64,000 nt of DNA from Treponema sp. (GCA_017548565.1 JAFYZU010000010.1:80965-144964); one strand, 5' to 3'; positions 27,871-38,908 are shown, counted from the stretch's first letter. Program-made: numbers and translations. Notes: a model not told the origin generated them from the letters alone.

Positions 27871-29169
27871 CTACTTCTTTTTAGGCCAGTATTTTTCGAT
27901 TAACGAAGATTTTAAGCCGGTTTCTTCAGGTTCAAAACAGTCGGCAAGGATTTTCCATCCGTTGTCGAGAGCTTCTTCAAGCGGAACATTTTTTGAAAGA
28001 TCCATCATCTCACTTTCAAATTCTGCACCATAAGTTAAAAGCTTATCATCCCATTTACTCATATTGAAACCCATGGATTTCTTTTCGAGTGTATCTTTAT
28101 AGCTTGAATAAAGACGAATCATACCATCCATTAAAGCACGATGGTCATCTCTCGTACTTCCGTTTACATTCTGTTTAAGACGTGAAAGTGAACCGAAAGG
28201 CTCAATTCGTCCTCCTTTAAGATAGTACTGTCCTTCTGTAATATATCCTGTGTTATCAGGAACCGGATGAGTAACGTCATCTCCAGGCATTGTAGTAACT
28301 GCAAGAATTGTTACAGAACCCGCACTGTCAAAATCAACTGCTTTTTCATAGCGTGCTGCAAGCTGAGAATATAAATCGCCGGGATAACCACGGTTTGAAG
28401 GAACCTGTTCCTGTGTAATGGCAATTTCCTTCATTGAATCAGCATAGTTTGTCATATCTGTTAAAAGAACAAGAACATCTTTTCCTTTAAGGGCAAACTG
28501 TTCTGCAACTGCAAGAGATAAATCAGGGATTTTCTGACATTCTACGGTAGGATCACTCGCAGTATGAATGAACATTACGGTTCGGCTTAAAGCACCACCG
28601 CTTTCAAGTGTTTTCTTGAAATAAAGATAATCATCATATTTTAATCCCATTCCACCAAGAACGATTACATCAACCTCTGCCTGCATCGCAATTCGTGCAA
28701 GAAGCTGATTGTAAGGTTCACCTGAAATAGAGAAAATAGGGAGCTTTTGGGATACGACAAGTGTATTGAACATATCAATCATCGGAATTCCGGTACGAAT
28801 CATTCGTCGTGCCATAATACGTTTTGAAGGGTTTACCGAAGGACCTCCGATAGGAACAAGTGAATCTGTCAAGGCAGGACCTTTATCTCTTGGCTCAGCA
28901 GAACCATTGAATATTCGTCCAAGGAGATTGTCCGAAAAACTTACACGCATTGAATGACCGAGAAACTTGATATGATCACCTGTTGAAACACCACGGCCTC
29001 CTGCAAAAACCTGAAGCGAAACTACATTACCGTCAATCTTATTTACTTCTGCAAGTGATTTTCCGAAACGTGTATCTATTTCTGCAAGTTCACCGTAAGC
29101 AACATTATCAGCTTTTACTGTAATAACACTACCAGTGATGGATTCAATTTTACTATAAACTTTGTTCAT
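27871..29169 (-). CDS. ntpB: V-type ATPase subunit B
   Basis: [35 protein letters not shown] and PFGSLSRL. Confidence 0.97.
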   Translation of the reverse strand: MNKVYSKIESITGSVITVKADNVAYGELAEIDTRFGKSLAEVNKIDGNVVSLQVFAGGRGVSTGDHIKFLGHSMRVSFSDNLLGRIFNGSAEPRDKGPALTDSLVPIGGPSVNPSKRIMARRMIRTGIPMIDMFNTLVVSQKLPIFSISGEPYNQLLARIAMQAEVDVIVLGGMGLKYDDYLYFKKTLESGGALSRTVMFIHTASDPTVECQKIPDLSLAVAEQFALKGKDVLVLLTDMTNYADSMKEIAITQEQVPSNRGYPGDLYSQLAARYEKAVDFDSAGSVTILAVTTMPGDDVTHPVPDNTGYITEGQYYLKGGRIEPFGSLSRLKQNVNGSTRDDHRALMDGMIRLYSSYKDTLEKKSMGFNMSKWDDKLLTYGAEFESEMMDLSKNVPLEEALDNGWKILADCFEPEETGLKSSLIEKYWPKKK

Positions 29170-29171
29170 AA

Positions 29172-30941
29172 TTATTCACCATCCTTTAAGAGTTTTTTAA
29201 CATCGTCGCGGATTTTTCCATCAGCAGATTTATAATGAGCGTCAATGTCTTTTTCTGCATTTTTAAATTTATCAGATTTCCATGGAGAATAGTTCCAGTC
29301 AATGAATTTCTGCCTCATCTGGTTGAAGAAATTTCGTGCTTCATCCTTTTCTTTAAGCTCAAAATCTGAACCAAGAATTGTAACAACCTTTGCAAAAGTA
29401 TATTTCTGTCTTTCAACACTTACAGCCGCATCAACTTCATCGAACGAGTTCTGCTGCATGTAAACTGCATCAAGAAATTCACTCTTAAGATATTCAATGT
29501 AATCTAAAGTTGTAGTTCCTTCTTCACCGATAACCTTCATCATCTGGTTTACTTCAACACCAGCAAGATAAACCTTTCGCGCATAGTTTACGAGACTCTG
29601 TTTGATAACAGAATTATATTTTGACCAGGAAATAATCGGGTCAATGGCAGGATATTTTCGTGCATCAGAACGTTCACGGCTCAAACCATGAAATGCACCT
29701 ACTACCTTTAGTGTTGCCTGAGTTACAGGCTCTTCGAAGTTACCGCCGGCAGGTGAAACTGTACCACCGATTGTTACAGAACCGGAAGATCCGTCGCGTA
29801 ATTTAACAAAGCCTGCACGTTCATAGAAAGCGGCAATATAAGATTCAAGATATGCAGGGAATGCTTCTTCACCAGGAATCTCTTCAAGACGACCAGACAT
29901 TTCGCGTAAAGCCTGAGCCCATCGTGATGTTGAATCTGCAAGAAGAAGTACATGAAGTCCCATCTGACGGTAATATTCAGCAAGAGTTACCGAAGTATAA
30001 ACGGAAGCTTCACGGGACGCAACCGGCATAGATGAGGTATTACAAATAATGATTGTTCGTTTCATAAGGCTTTCACCGGTACGAGGATCCTTTAATTCAG
30101 GGAATTCCTTAATTGTTTCAACAACTTCACCGGCACGCTCTCCACAGGCTGCAATAATTACAATATCAACATCGGCATTTCTTGAAGTTGTATGCTGTAA
30201 TACTGTTTTTCCTGCACCGAATGGACCCGGAATACAATATGTTCCACCTTTAGAAACAGGATAGAATGTATCGATAAGTCGAACCTGAGTAACCATCGGC
30301 TCAGAAGGCGCAAGTCGTTCTGCATAACAGTCAACTGCACGCTTTACAGGCCATTTAAATGTCATAGTAATTTTATGATTTTTTCCCTTCTCGTCTGTAA
30401 GGACTGCCATTGTTTCATCTATTGTATATTTTCCCTTTTTGGCAATTTCCTTTACGGTATAAATTCCGTACATATCAAAAGGAACTAATATTTTATGAGT
30501 AAAAGGACCTTCCGGTACAGTACCGATTGCATCACCACGCATTACTTTTGCAGCAGGTTTTACAGTCGGAGTAAATTCCCATTTTACTTTTCTAGGCAAA
30601 GATTCAATATAAACACCTTTTTCAAGAAAGTATCCTGCTTTTTCGGCAACGAGTGGAAGCGGATTCTGAAGACCGTCGAAAATCTGACCTAAAAGTCCGG
30701 GACCAAGTTCTGCACAAAGAAGATCGCCTGAAAGTTCAACGACATCACCGGTTTTGATGCCCTGAGTCATTTCATAAATCTGCATCTGTGCTTTATTTCC
30801 GCGGATTCGGATTACTTCACCCTTTAATTTTTTTCCATCTACATTAACGTAACCAACTTCGTTCATTGAAACATTACCGTCAAATTCGATGGTTACCATG
30901 TTTCCATTAATGCCGACTACTTTTGCATTTGCTAGCGTCAT
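29172..30941 (-). CDS. ntpA: V-type ATPase subunit A
   Basis: Walker [28 protein letters not shown] and [10 protein letters not shown]. Confidence 0.97.
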   Translation of the reverse strand: MTLANAKVVGINGNMVTIEFDGNVSMNEVGYVNVDGKKLKGEVIRIRGNKAQMQIYEMTQGIKTGDVVELSGDLLCAELGPGLLGQIFDGLQNPLPLVAEKAGYFLEKGVYIESLPRKVKWEFTPTVKPAAKVMRGDAIGTVPEGPFTHKILVPFDMYGIYTVKEIAKKGKYTIDETMAVLTDEKGKNHKITMTFKWPVKRAVDCYAERLAPSEPMVTQVRLIDTFYPVSKGGTYCIPGPFGAGKTVLQHTTSRNADVDIVIIAACGERAGEVVETIKEFPELKDPRTGESLMKRTIIICNTSSMPVASREASVYTSVTLAEYYRQMGLHVLLLADSTSRWAQALREMSGRLEEIPGEEAFPAYLESYIAAFYERAGFVKLRDGSSGSVTIGGTVSPAGGNFEEPVTQATLKVVGAFHGLSRERSDARKYPAIDPIISWSKYNSVIKQSLVNYARKVYLAGVEVNQMMKVIGEEGTTTLDYIEYLKSEFLDAVYMQQNSFDEVDAAVSVERQKYTFAKVVTILGSDFELKEKDEARNFFNQMRQKFIDWNYSPWKSDKFKNAEKDIDAHYKSADGKIRDDVKKLLKDGE

Positions 30942-31480
30942 ATTGTTTCTCCAAGTATTGAATCATAAATTTTATGATATGCAGAGGTTCCATTCTCAAC
31001 ATTAAATTTACGGATTCTTTCTATAAGCATAAGTCTTATACCGTATGCATAAACTGCATCAATCGAAAAGGCGTCCATTGGACGTAAATCATTGAGCAGG
31101 CGTAATCTATAATCATAAAGAAATTGTTCTGCGGAATAAGGACTGTTCATTCCTACTGCAGTTCTCGCAGCATTTATTATGTCTGTAGTACATCCCGGAG
31201 GAAGTGTTACTGCATCCTTCTTCATCCTTTGTGAACGTATCTGAGCAAGAGCAAAACGAAGATTTCTTTCTTTTTCATACCAGGTATCCAGAAAAGCAGA
31301 ACCTGTCGGTTTTAACTGCCTAGGCGGAACTAAACTCAGATTACTTATTATTTTCTTTTCTTTTTCAGAAACAAACCTTGAACATAATTCAATAAAATCT
31401 TTTGTAGTTAAAGGAAGTGCAGATTTGCTGTCTGAAGAGGAAATATTCGGTAATTGTGAAACCAAATAATAATAAGCCAC
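30938..31480 (-). CDS. DUF2764 family protein (V-ATPase subunit C-like)
   Basis: YYYLVSQLP N-terminus; sits between subunits E and A. Confidence 0.85.
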   Translation of the reverse strand: MAYYYLVSQLPNISSSDSKSALPLTTKDFIELCSRFVSEKEKKIISNLSLVPPRQLKPTGSAFLDTWYEKERNLRFALAQIRSQRMKKDAVTLPPGCTTDIINAARTAVGMNSPYSAEQFLYDYRLRLLNDLRPMDAFSIDAVYAYGIRLMLIERIRKFNVENGTSAYHKIYDSILGETI

Positions 31481-32100
31481 TATTTTACTTCCTTAGCTGC
31501 TTTCTGTAATAATTCAGATACCTTAGGATTCAAATAAGCACTGAACATCTGTGCAAGACTTTCTGCTGAATAATCATAGAAAGCCTGTCCGTTTTTAACA
31601 CCGATTCTGAATCCAGCAGAAAGTGTCTTATCTGCTTTGATTTCAAGACCTTTGGAAATCTGTGCCTTTAACTGTGTTTTAAAATTTGAACTCAATGTCT
31701 TTAAATCTTTTTCACTCAATAAAACAGAAAGCTCAGATGCATCACAGTTTTTACACCAGGCTTTTACTACATCAGGAATCAATTTTGAAAGCACATCCTT
31801 CGAAAGTGATTTTTCTGTCTTTTCCTGAACTATAACATTAAGCTCGGCAATCAGCGATTCTCTGAATGATAAAAGCATATTTCTTCCAGCCTGAACGATT
31901 GCTTCTTCACTTACCTGTTCAAATTTTTCAGATTCTGCTTTTGCTTTTTTAATGATGTCTTCAGCTCTTTTTTCTGCATCTGCAATTATTTCTTCTGCTT
32001 TTTTTTCTGCTTCTGCTTCAATCTGTGCTGCTTTTTTATCTGCTGAATCTACACCGGCTTTTTTAATTTTATCGATTAGTTCTTGTAACTGCACATCCAT
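31480..32100 (-). CDS. ntpE: V-type ATPase subunit E
   Basis: MDVQLQELIDKIK, Ala/Glu/Lys coiled coil and GFRI; first gene of the operon. Confidence 0.92.
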   Translation of the reverse strand: MDVQLQELIDKIKKAGVDSADKKAAQIEAEAEKKAEEIIADAEKRAEDIIKKAKAESEKFEQVSEEAIVQAGRNMLLSFRESLIAELNVIVQEKTEKSLSKDVLSKLIPDVVKAWCKNCDASELSVLLSEKDLKTLSSNFKTQLKAQISKGLEIKADKTLSAGFRIGVKNGQAFYDYSAESLAQMFSAYLNPKVSELLQKAAKEVK

Positions 32101-32147
32101 TGCGGTAACCCCTTAATAAATATTATTTACAATAATATATTATACTA

Positions 32148-32176
32148 ATAATACTCTTGAATTAACGATAATTCAA
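32148..32176 (-). promoter_or_regulatory. V-ATPase operon promoter overlapped by a perfect palindrome
   Basis: TTGAAT (32176-32171), 17 nt, TATTAT (32153-32148); palindrome TTGAATTA-N4-TAATTCAA at 32157-32176. Confidence 0.6.
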
Positions 32177-32183
32177 TGAAATT

Positions 32184-32203
32184 TTTCAGTTTTTTTACTG
32201 AAA
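32184..32203 (-). terminator. Possible weak hairpin downstream of galM
   Basis: TTTCAGT / ACTGAAA 7-bp stem with a 6-nt loop; poor U-tract. Confidence 0.35.
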
Positions 32204-32231
32204 TTGAGATTTTTTTATTATGAAAATATTT

Positions 32232-33293
32232 TTATATCTTAAATGAATAAACTGTCTTTGCCTTCATCTTCTGACCAGGTTTTAAATTACATGAAGGAAA
32301 TTCCTTTTTATTCGGTGTATCAGGAAAAGCCTGAGTTTCAAGACAGAATGCTCCGTGATTCGGATAAGAAACTCCATTCTTTAATTTAATACCATTGAAG
32401 AAATTGGCGGTAAAGAACTGACATCCTTCCATGTTTGTATAAACGCTCATTTCGTGTCCGGTAGAAGGATCTGTAACTGTCGCAAATTCAACAAGATCAT
32501 CGCACGATAAAGGCATTGCGCATTGCGGGTTTTCAGGATTATACATTTCGGTAACATAACAATGATCGTAACCGACTCCGGTTTCTTTTATATCTTTACC
32601 GATAGTTTTAGGTTTGTTGAAATCAAATGCAGTTCCGTCAACAGGGAGAAGCTTTCCGGTAGGTATCAGCCCTTTATCTATATCAAGAGTATAAGCACTG
32701 TTCATCTGAAGAACATGATTTTCTACGCTGCCCGTTCCTGCAAGATTAAAGAAAGCATGATTTGTAATATTCACCGGAGTTTCTTTATCTGTAACGGCTG
32801 TATAATAACATGTAAGATTATTTTTGTTATCAAGAAGGTAATTGATTTCGAAATTTACATTTCCAGGAAAGCCCTGTTCACCGTCCGGAGAAGTTCTTGA
32901 AAATTTTACACCGCAGTAATGCTTAGATTTTATTACCTTTGCTTTCCATATCATCTTATCAAAACCGTCAGAACCGCTGTGGAGGGTGTTTTTTCCTTCG
33001 TTTGCATCTGTCTTATATTTGATTCCATTTACGCTAAACGATGCGTTTCCGATTCTGTTACCGAATCTTCCGATTATTGCACCAAAAAAGGAACGGTTAT
33101 TAATAAAAGCTTCAAAGGTAGGAAAACCTACGATTACATCGGTTTTCGTTCCGTCGCTGTTATTCAGGACAATGCTCGTTATAGTACATCCGTACTCTGT
33201 GCACGAAAAAGACATATTGTCATTCTTGATGGTATAAAGATTGATTTTTGTTCCATCACTCAATAATCCGAATTTTTGTTTTGTTACTTTCAT
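32232..33293 (-). CDS. galM: Aldose 1-epimerase (galactose mutarotase)
   Basis: GAIIGRFGNRI, NTLHSG, NITNHAFFNL, GYDHCY and FCLETQAFPD. Confidence 0.93.
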   Translation of the reverse strand: MKVTKQKFGLLSDGTKINLYTIKNDNMSFSCTEYGCTITSIVLNNSDGTKTDVIVGFPTFEAFINNRSFFGAIIGRFGNRIGNASFSVNGIKYKTDANEGKNTLHSGSDGFDKMIWKAKVIKSKHYCGVKFSRTSPDGEQGFPGNVNFEINYLLDNKNNLTCYYTAVTDKETPVNITNHAFFNLAGTGSVENHVLQMNSAYTLDIDKGLIPTGKLLPVDGTAFDFNKPKTIGKDIKETGVGYDHCYVTEMYNPENPQCAMPLSCDDLVEFATVTDPSTGHEMSVYTNMEGCQFFTANFFNGIKLKNGVSYPNHGAFCLETQAFPDTPNKKEFPSCNLKPGQKMKAKTVYSFKI

Positions 33294-33304
33294 AGTTATA
33301 CCTC

Positions 33305-34057
33305 TTAATTATTTATTTCCATGTCTATAATCATTTCAACTTCAGTTTCAGAACATGATAATTCAGAAGCAATCTGCTCTACAGTATAATCCTGTTCAAG
33401 AAGCTGGCGTATTTTTTTCGTCAGGTTTCTTTTTGCATTTTCCAGCTGAGGTTTAGGATGCTCATCGGAAGTAACATATTCATCATCATAGACTTTTGTA
33501 ATGACAAGCGGGACTTCTTTGTACGCAGCACCATCGGCTGTTAATATAGTTTCATCCTTCCAGGCATTTTTCGACGAACTGTTATCTTCTGAAAATAAAT
33601 CAGGTTGATTTGAAGCAGTAAGCTCATAAGCAGAATCTGCAGATATTTCAACCTTTGGCTGACTTTTAGGCTTATTTTTTAAATATTCATTTACATTTTT
33701 AATTGCTGATTTATTATTTATTTTATTAAAATCCTGGAAAAGTGAACTGCTCTGATTTGAAATTTTATTTATTCGGTCAGCTTCGGCAATCATATCCTTT
33801 AAACGCTGGGAAGCTTCTTTAAAAAGCTCAATCTTCTTCTGAGTTTCTTCAATAGACTGATTTATGCGTTTTTCGGCTTCTCCTGAAAGATATAAATCAC
33901 GTTCTGTGGCTTCATCAATATTTTTTATCATTTTATTGATTTTATCAGCAGTTTTTTCAACAACCTTATCTGTAGAAAACAGTCTTTTAAATCTGATTAA
34001 AAAAATAATCCAAAGGAGAACATTAAATGCTGTCAAACTGATTATAAATATGGACAA
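33305..34057 (-). CDS. Membrane-anchored flagellar-operon protein with a C-terminal HTH-like motif (DUF6115/SwrB-like)
   Basis: N-terminal TM, coiled coil, and C-terminal LLEQDYTVEQIASELSCSETEV; TTG start. Confidence 0.6.
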   Translation of the reverse strand: MSIFIISLTAFNVLLWIIFLIRFKRLFSTDKVVEKTADKINKMIKNIDEATERDLYLSGEAEKRINQSIEETQKKIELFKEASQRLKDMIAEADRINKISNQSSSLFQDFNKINNKSAIKNVNEYLKNKPKSQPKVEISADSAYELTASNQPDLFSEDNSSSKNAWKDETILTADGAAYKEVPLVITKVYDDEYVTSDEHPKPQLENAKRNLTKKIRQLLEQDYTVEQIASELSCSETEVEMIIDMEINN

Positions 34058-34060
34058 TTT

Positions 34061-34390
34061 TTACCTCGTAATATCTATGATTGTTCCGACATACGGTGGA
34101 TTATTCGTATTTGTTTTGTGTTCAACTTTCGGTTGATTTTTCTTTTGCTCTGCTGCCTGATGTTCATTCTGTGAAGTACCGTTTTTTCCGTCTTCATTTA
34201 CATTGTTCGTATTCTGGGCATCCTCATTTGTCTTTGAAACTTTGGAAGATTGTTCCATATTCTGCTGGATTATATTCTGCTGTTCCATTGAAGAAGCAAG
34301 TTGATTCAACTGCGGCTGATTCGTAAAGGTTTTAGAGACGTTTGAAAGCTGCTGATACATGTTCTGTAAATCAATGGGCTGAATAGACAC
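34061..34390 (-). CDS. Small Gln/Asn-rich conserved hypothetical protein
   Basis: MSIQPIDLQ N-terminus and GTIIDITR C-terminus; GTG start; directly downstream of fapA. Confidence 0.7.
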   Translation of the reverse strand: MSIQPIDLQNMYQQLSNVSKTFTNQPQLNQLASSMEQQNIIQQNMEQSSKVSKTNEDAQNTNNVNEDGKNGTSQNEHQAAEQKKNQPKVEHKTNTNNPPYVGTIIDITR

Positions 34391-34406
34391 TGTTTTACCC
34401 CATCAT

Positions 34407-36374
34407 TTAATGTGTTGAATAACCTTCTAATTCTTCCTGAGTTATTGAAGGCGGTTCATATTCACCACGTTTACAGAAACTCTTGTCAAAATAGAAGGTT
34501 GTATTTTTAACGTCAATCTTTACTTCATCAAGAACATCGCGTACATAAATTTTTACACCGGCATAAACAGTATCTTCTACCTTTACCTTACCTACAGCCT
34601 TAAGCTCCCTTAAACGTGACTGAATTGAATCTATTTCTTTTGTCATATTTTCAAGCTCGTCAGTAATAATCTTCTGCTGCTGTTTTAACTGGGTAAGTTT
34701 ATCTTCCTTATCCTGTGAAAGACGGCGGCGGATATTTTTCTGTTGTTCAAGTGTCTGAATATCAAGTTCGACATTTTCAAGTTCCTTAGAGCTTGAATCC
34801 TGTTTTTTTTGAAGCTCAAGAAGCCTTTTTTTAGCTCTTGGATCTATGCCGACTTCGAGAATTGTTTCAGCACCACCACCGGGTGAGCCGACTTTTTTTG
34901 CACATATTTCCTCGGTAGCCAGAAGATGTCCACCGATAATCTGAGCTTTTCGTCCGCGAAGCACGATGTTTTTCATTGCAGTAACATTCGAATTTACAAT
35001 ACTGTCAGAAACAATTACATTTTCTTCGGCTTCTACAGTTGCATCGTTTATGAATTTAGCCCATAAAGACTGACCGGCCTTAATGTAACCTTCGCCTTTT
35101 CCGAAAACACCCTGACGTACATAAATATTTCCTGTTGCTTCAAGCCGTGATTTATCGACAATTCCATTAACTTCAATATTTGTTGCTTCAACCTTATATC
35201 CGTCTTCGACAGAACCTTTAATGACAACTGTTCCGACGAATTTAATATCACCGGTTTTAACATTAACAGCATCAAGATATTTAACGGGTTCGACACAGAT
35301 TTTTCCGTTTATAAGCATTACTTCACCGTCAATCTGTGCTTTAATTGTAACGCCGTCACGGTCAAGCTTAACGTTTGTTCCAAGCTGAATAGGAATATCT
35401 TTTCCGTTTTTAGCTTCAAGATAGCGTCCGAAAATAGTTTTGCCGCCTTTACCGCGTTCAGGAGGCATTTTCTGCGCAAGCGGTTGATCAGCAATAACGT
35501 TCTGAATCTGATTAAGTTCCTTATAATTGATATTACCTGATTCTGAAACCTGAGCACGAAGTTTTTTAGTATCTGTTTCGAAATTGTATGCAATGTATGC
35601 ATCTTTTCCATCTACCGGCATGATTGCTTCTGCAACTTCAAATGGAATGTTATAGATAGGATTATCAACGAATTCATTGACCTTATCCATATTAATGCAC
35701 TGGTCAATAACACCCTGTGTCATCAAAGCACGAAGGATTCCGTCTTTAGATGCTTCTGCACCACTCATCGAAGGCGGTGAAACAATAATGCTTGCCTTCA
35801 TTTCATCCTTTGTAGTATCTACAGAAATGAGCGCATCGCCGGCCTGAACATGTTTGTATTTACCGACAGACTGATATTCACCATCGGTTCCGTTTTTAAT
35901 ATATTTTTTTACCTGATTTTCATTGAATTCAAGGGTATCGGGACGCTGTAAATCGGCAAGGACTTCCTTATAATCAACAGGAGTTCCAGAGCCGACCGGA
36001 AGAATGACCTTAAGCCACAATTCTGAACCGAAATGACGTACATAAAACAATCCGTCCTGATTTTTTGTCTGTACTCCTTCCTGCTCTTCTGAATCGAAAT
36101 CCAGACCGTCCGATGCGAGTTTTTTTCCTTTTTTGATTGTTGAAGGATTCTGATATATTTTTAATTTCCACGGCTTTTTTCCGATTCCTAAAAAACCGTC
36201 GCTTCCTTTCTCAAGAATTTCATACTGAAGGTTTGAAAGCTTTGTATCAAGCTGAACGGCTGCATCTGCAAGAGCTTCATCGATAGTATCAGCATGAACA
36301 TCAACCATGTGAAGTTCACTGTCCTGTTCGAGTCGTAATTTCATTTCCTGACGAAGCTGCTCTAAAGATACCAT
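34407..36374 (-). CDS. fapA: FapA (DUF342) protein with an N-terminal Jag_N-like domain
   Basis: TIDEALADAA...YEILEKGSDGFLGIGKKPW (Jag_N-like); beta-solenoid repeats VNVKTGDIKFVGTVVIKGSV; C-terminal coiled coil. Confidence 0.87.
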   Translation of the reverse strand: MVSLEQLRQEMKLRLEQDSELHMVDVHADTIDEALADAAVQLDTKLSNLQYEILEKGSDGFLGIGKKPWKLKIYQNPSTIKKGKKLASDGLDFDSEEQEGVQTKNQDGLFYVRHFGSELWLKVILPVGSGTPVDYKEVLADLQRPDTLEFNENQVKKYIKNGTDGEYQSVGKYKHVQAGDALISVDTTKDEMKASIIVSPPSMSGAEASKDGILRALMTQGVIDQCINMDKVNEFVDNPIYNIPFEVAEAIMPVDGKDAYIAYNFETDTKKLRAQVSESGNINYKELNQIQNVIADQPLAQKMPPERGKGGKTIFGRYLEAKNGKDIPIQLGTNVKLDRDGVTIKAQIDGEVMLINGKICVEPVKYLDAVNVKTGDIKFVGTVVIKGSVEDGYKVEATNIEVNGIVDKSRLEATGNIYVRQGVFGKGEGYIKAGQSLWAKFINDATVEAEENVIVSDSIVNSNVTAMKNIVLRGRKAQIIGGHLLATEEICAKKVGSPGGGAETILEVGIDPRAKKRLLELQKKQDSSSKELENVELDIQTLEQQKNIRRRLSQDKEDKLTQLKQQQKIITDELENMTKEIDSIQSRLRELKAVGKVKVEDTVYAGVKIYVRDVLDEVKIDVKNTTFYFDKSFCKRGEYEPPSITQEELEGYSTH

Positions 36375-36389
36375 CTTTGCCCCTGAAAA

Positions 36390-37172
36390 TTATAAAATTC
36401 CTTTGCGTAAATTTGTAAGCTTTGCACGTAACCTTAAATTTGCTTTTGTATGAAGCTGGGAAATACGAGATTCACTGACTTCAAGAACCTCACCTATTTC
36501 TTTAAATGTAAGGTCTTCGTGATAGTAAAGGACTATAACCATTTTTTCTTTTTCCGGCAGCTCGTTGATTGCTTCGGCAATTACTTTTTTGATTTCTTCA
36601 CGCTCGGCAATAACATCCGGATTAAGGCTTGCAGGAGATTCAATGTTATTTCCAATAGACATGTTGTCATTATCATCACCGGCATACCACACATCGTTTA
36701 AAGAAAGAATGCTTGTTCCCGAAACCTTCATTACGGTTCGGTGATATTCATCTTCAGTCATGCTCAAAGAATCAGCAATTTCGGCATCAGTTGCTGTTCT
36801 TCCAAGACGTGCTTCAAGGGTCGTAATTGCATCTTCTATTTCACGGGATTTCTGCCTTACCGAACGAGGAACCCAGTCAATCTGACGAAGCTCATCAAAA
36901 ATTGCACCACGGATTCTTGTTACTGCATAAGTCTTGAATTTGACATTTTTCGATGTATCATATTTATTGATTGCATCCAGAAGTCCGAACTGTCCGAATC
37001 CGACTAAATCATCGAATTCAACGCTATTAGGCATTCCTACCGCTACTTTTCCGGCAACGTATTTTACAAGAGGCATGTATTGTCGAATAAATTTATCCCT
37101 TATAGCGGGAGATTTTGTTTTTTTGAACTCATCCCAAAGATCATCTTCTTCTTTTTCGTCATTAATCGGCAT
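36390..37172 (-). CDS. fliA: RNA polymerase sigma-28 factor
   Basis: DDLVGFG, FKTYAVTRIRGAIFDELRQIDW and LTFKEIGEVLEVSESRISQLH. Confidence 0.96.
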   Translation of the reverse strand: MPINDEKEEDDLWDEFKKTKSPAIRDKFIRQYMPLVKYVAGKVAVGMPNSVEFDDLVGFGQFGLLDAINKYDTSKNVKFKTYAVTRIRGAIFDELRQIDWVPRSVRQKSREIEDAITTLEARLGRTATDAEIADSLSMTEDEYHRTVMKVSGTSILSLNDVWYAGDDNDNMSIGNNIESPASLNPDVIAEREEIKKVIAEAINELPEKEKMVIVLYYHEDLTFKEIGEVLEVSESRISQLHTKANLRLRAKLTNLRKGIL

Positions 37173-37188
37173 TTTGTCTCATCCTTTT

Positions 37189-37959
37189 TTATGATTCTTG
37201 TGCTAAAATCGAACTGATTGCTTTCGCCATAAGCGAAGAATCTTTGATTTCGCCGGAGTTATCTTCCTTTGATTTATAAACAAGCGATGAATCTACGAAG
37301 CCGTCATCAGATGCATCTGAATCATAAGATTCTGATGCTGACTGATTTACCGGTTGTGAATTAAATACACTGTCACTTAAATCCGGAAGTATATCAAGTT
37401 CACCCGCAGGAGTCTGCTGCTTCTTTGGTTCAGCATTTTCTTCTGCAGTTTCTTCTTCACCTGTTTCTTTTTCAGCCGGTACAATACCTTCTGCTTCAGT
37501 TCCCGAAATATTCGTTAAAGTTTCAAGCTTTCTGACCGGGACAAATTCACTGTTATTCTGATTGATTTCTTCTTTTAAAGATTTTGATGACTGGACATCA
37601 GATTCATCAAGCATCTGCCTGTTATTGCCTACATCAAAATGATTTGAAGATTCTCCATCATCAAGCTCCTGATCTTCAACGACAAAATCAATATGCTGAC
37701 CCACCGGAGAAACAGGAATTGCTTCAGTAGAAGCTGCAGATTTGGGAGCATCGGAAGAATCAACCTTAAGCAGTGTTTTAAAAGCAACTTTAATAAGAAC
37801 TGCAAGAGCCGCAAAAACAAATGCAAAGATAACTGCAGTTAAAAGTATTTTACCAAATCCAGAACGGGAGAATAAACCGCAGATAAGTGACAGTACAAAT
37901 CCACAGATTGCAAAAACAACTGTAAAATTTGAAGACGATGCCGCTTTTATGCTTTTCAT
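37189..37959 (-). CDS. Hypothetical protein: two TM helices plus an acidic low-complexity tail
   Basis: Start at 37959 after SD GGGAGGA; C-terminal MAKAISSILA; lies between flhG and fliA. Confidence 0.75.
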   Translation of the reverse strand: MKSIKAASSSNFTVVFAICGFVLSLICGLFSRSGFGKILLTAVIFAFVFAALAVLIKVAFKTLLKVDSSDAPKSAASTEAIPVSPVGQHIDFVVEDQELDDGESSNHFDVGNNRQMLDESDVQSSKSLKEEINQNNSEFVPVRKLETLTNISGTEAEGIVPAEKETGEEETAEENAEPKKQQTPAGELDILPDLSDSVFNSQPVNQSASESYDSDASDDGFVDSSLVYKSKEDNSGEIKDSSLMAKAISSILAQES

Positions 37960-38030
37960 TATTCCTCCCATCTAAATTTATAATATTATACACCATTATT
38001 TAAAAAAATAACAGTAAATTATTTTATGTA

Positions 38031-38903
38031 CTATTTCTTTTTGCTCAGGAACTTCTTTAAGAAATTCTGAACGCCGTCATTATATTCAGGCTCATTCTTT
38101 TCAATTTTTCCGACAATGTGTTTAAGACAAACAGCAGGCTTCGATGTCGGATTTACAACTATAAACGGTTTCTGCCTGATTACACTTGCCTGAACAACAG
38201 GATCCTCATAAACAAAGCCGAGATATTCAACTTTATAACCGAGGAATTGTCCTACAATCGTAATAATTCGTTCAGAAATACGTTTTCCTTCATCTGCAGA
38301 ATGTACCCTGTTTACAATGAGCTTAATGTCAACCGTGCGTTCAACAATTTCGGTAGTGATGATTTTTATGATTCCGTATGCATCTGTAATCGCAGTCGGT
38401 TCCGGTGTAGTAACTACAAAAACTTCATCTGCAGCCGCAACAAACTGAAGAACATTGTTCGCAATTCCAGCCGCAGTATCTATGATAATGATGTCGGCAT
38501 TACCTAAGGATGCAAACTGTTTTGCAAAATAATCAAGCTCATCAACACTTAAGTTTGCGATTTTTGAAAAACCATTGGCACCTGCAATAAATTTAATTCC
38601 GAATTCAGTATCCATGATAATTTCTTTCATGGTCTTTTTCTTATTTATTACATGCATTAAAGTATATGTAGGGACAATATTCAAAAGAACGTTAACGTTA
38701 GCCATTCCAAGGTCACCGTCAATAAGAATTACCTTCTTACCAAGCTGTGCATATGCAATAGCCATATTAACCGATACATTTGTTTTTCCAACCCCGCCTT
38801 TACCACTCGTAATCGCAATGATTCTTGTTGAATGATCACGCTTTGGCGCTGCAGATTCTGTATCCTTCATCAATTCCCTTAATTCTTCTGCCTGTTCTTC
38901 CAT
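38031..38903 (-). CDS. flhG: FlhG/FleN MinD-like ATPase
   Basis: [24 protein letters not shown] and [11 protein letters not shown]. Confidence 0.95.
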   Translation of the reverse strand: MEEQAEELRELMKDTESAAPKRDHSTRIIAITSGKGGVGKTNVSVNMAIAYAQLGKKVILIDGDLGMANVNVLLNIVPTYTLMHVINKKKTMKEIIMDTEFGIKFIAGANGFSKIANLSVDELDYFAKQFASLGNADIIIIDTAAGIANNVLQFVAAADEVFVVTTPEPTAITDAYGIIKIITTEIVERTVDIKLIVNRVHSADEGKRISERIITIVGQFLGYKVEYLGFVYEDPVVQASVIRQKPFIVVNPTSKPAVCLKHIVGKIEKNEPEYNDGVQNFLKKFLSKKK

Positions 38904-38908
38904 AGTTT

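Noticed and set aside
24848-32100. Missing F and G subunits in the V-ATPase operon
   Set aside because: The E-DUF2764-A-B-D-I-K layout is the normal spirochaete/chlamydial/Bacteroidota arrangement, so this is not a deletion.
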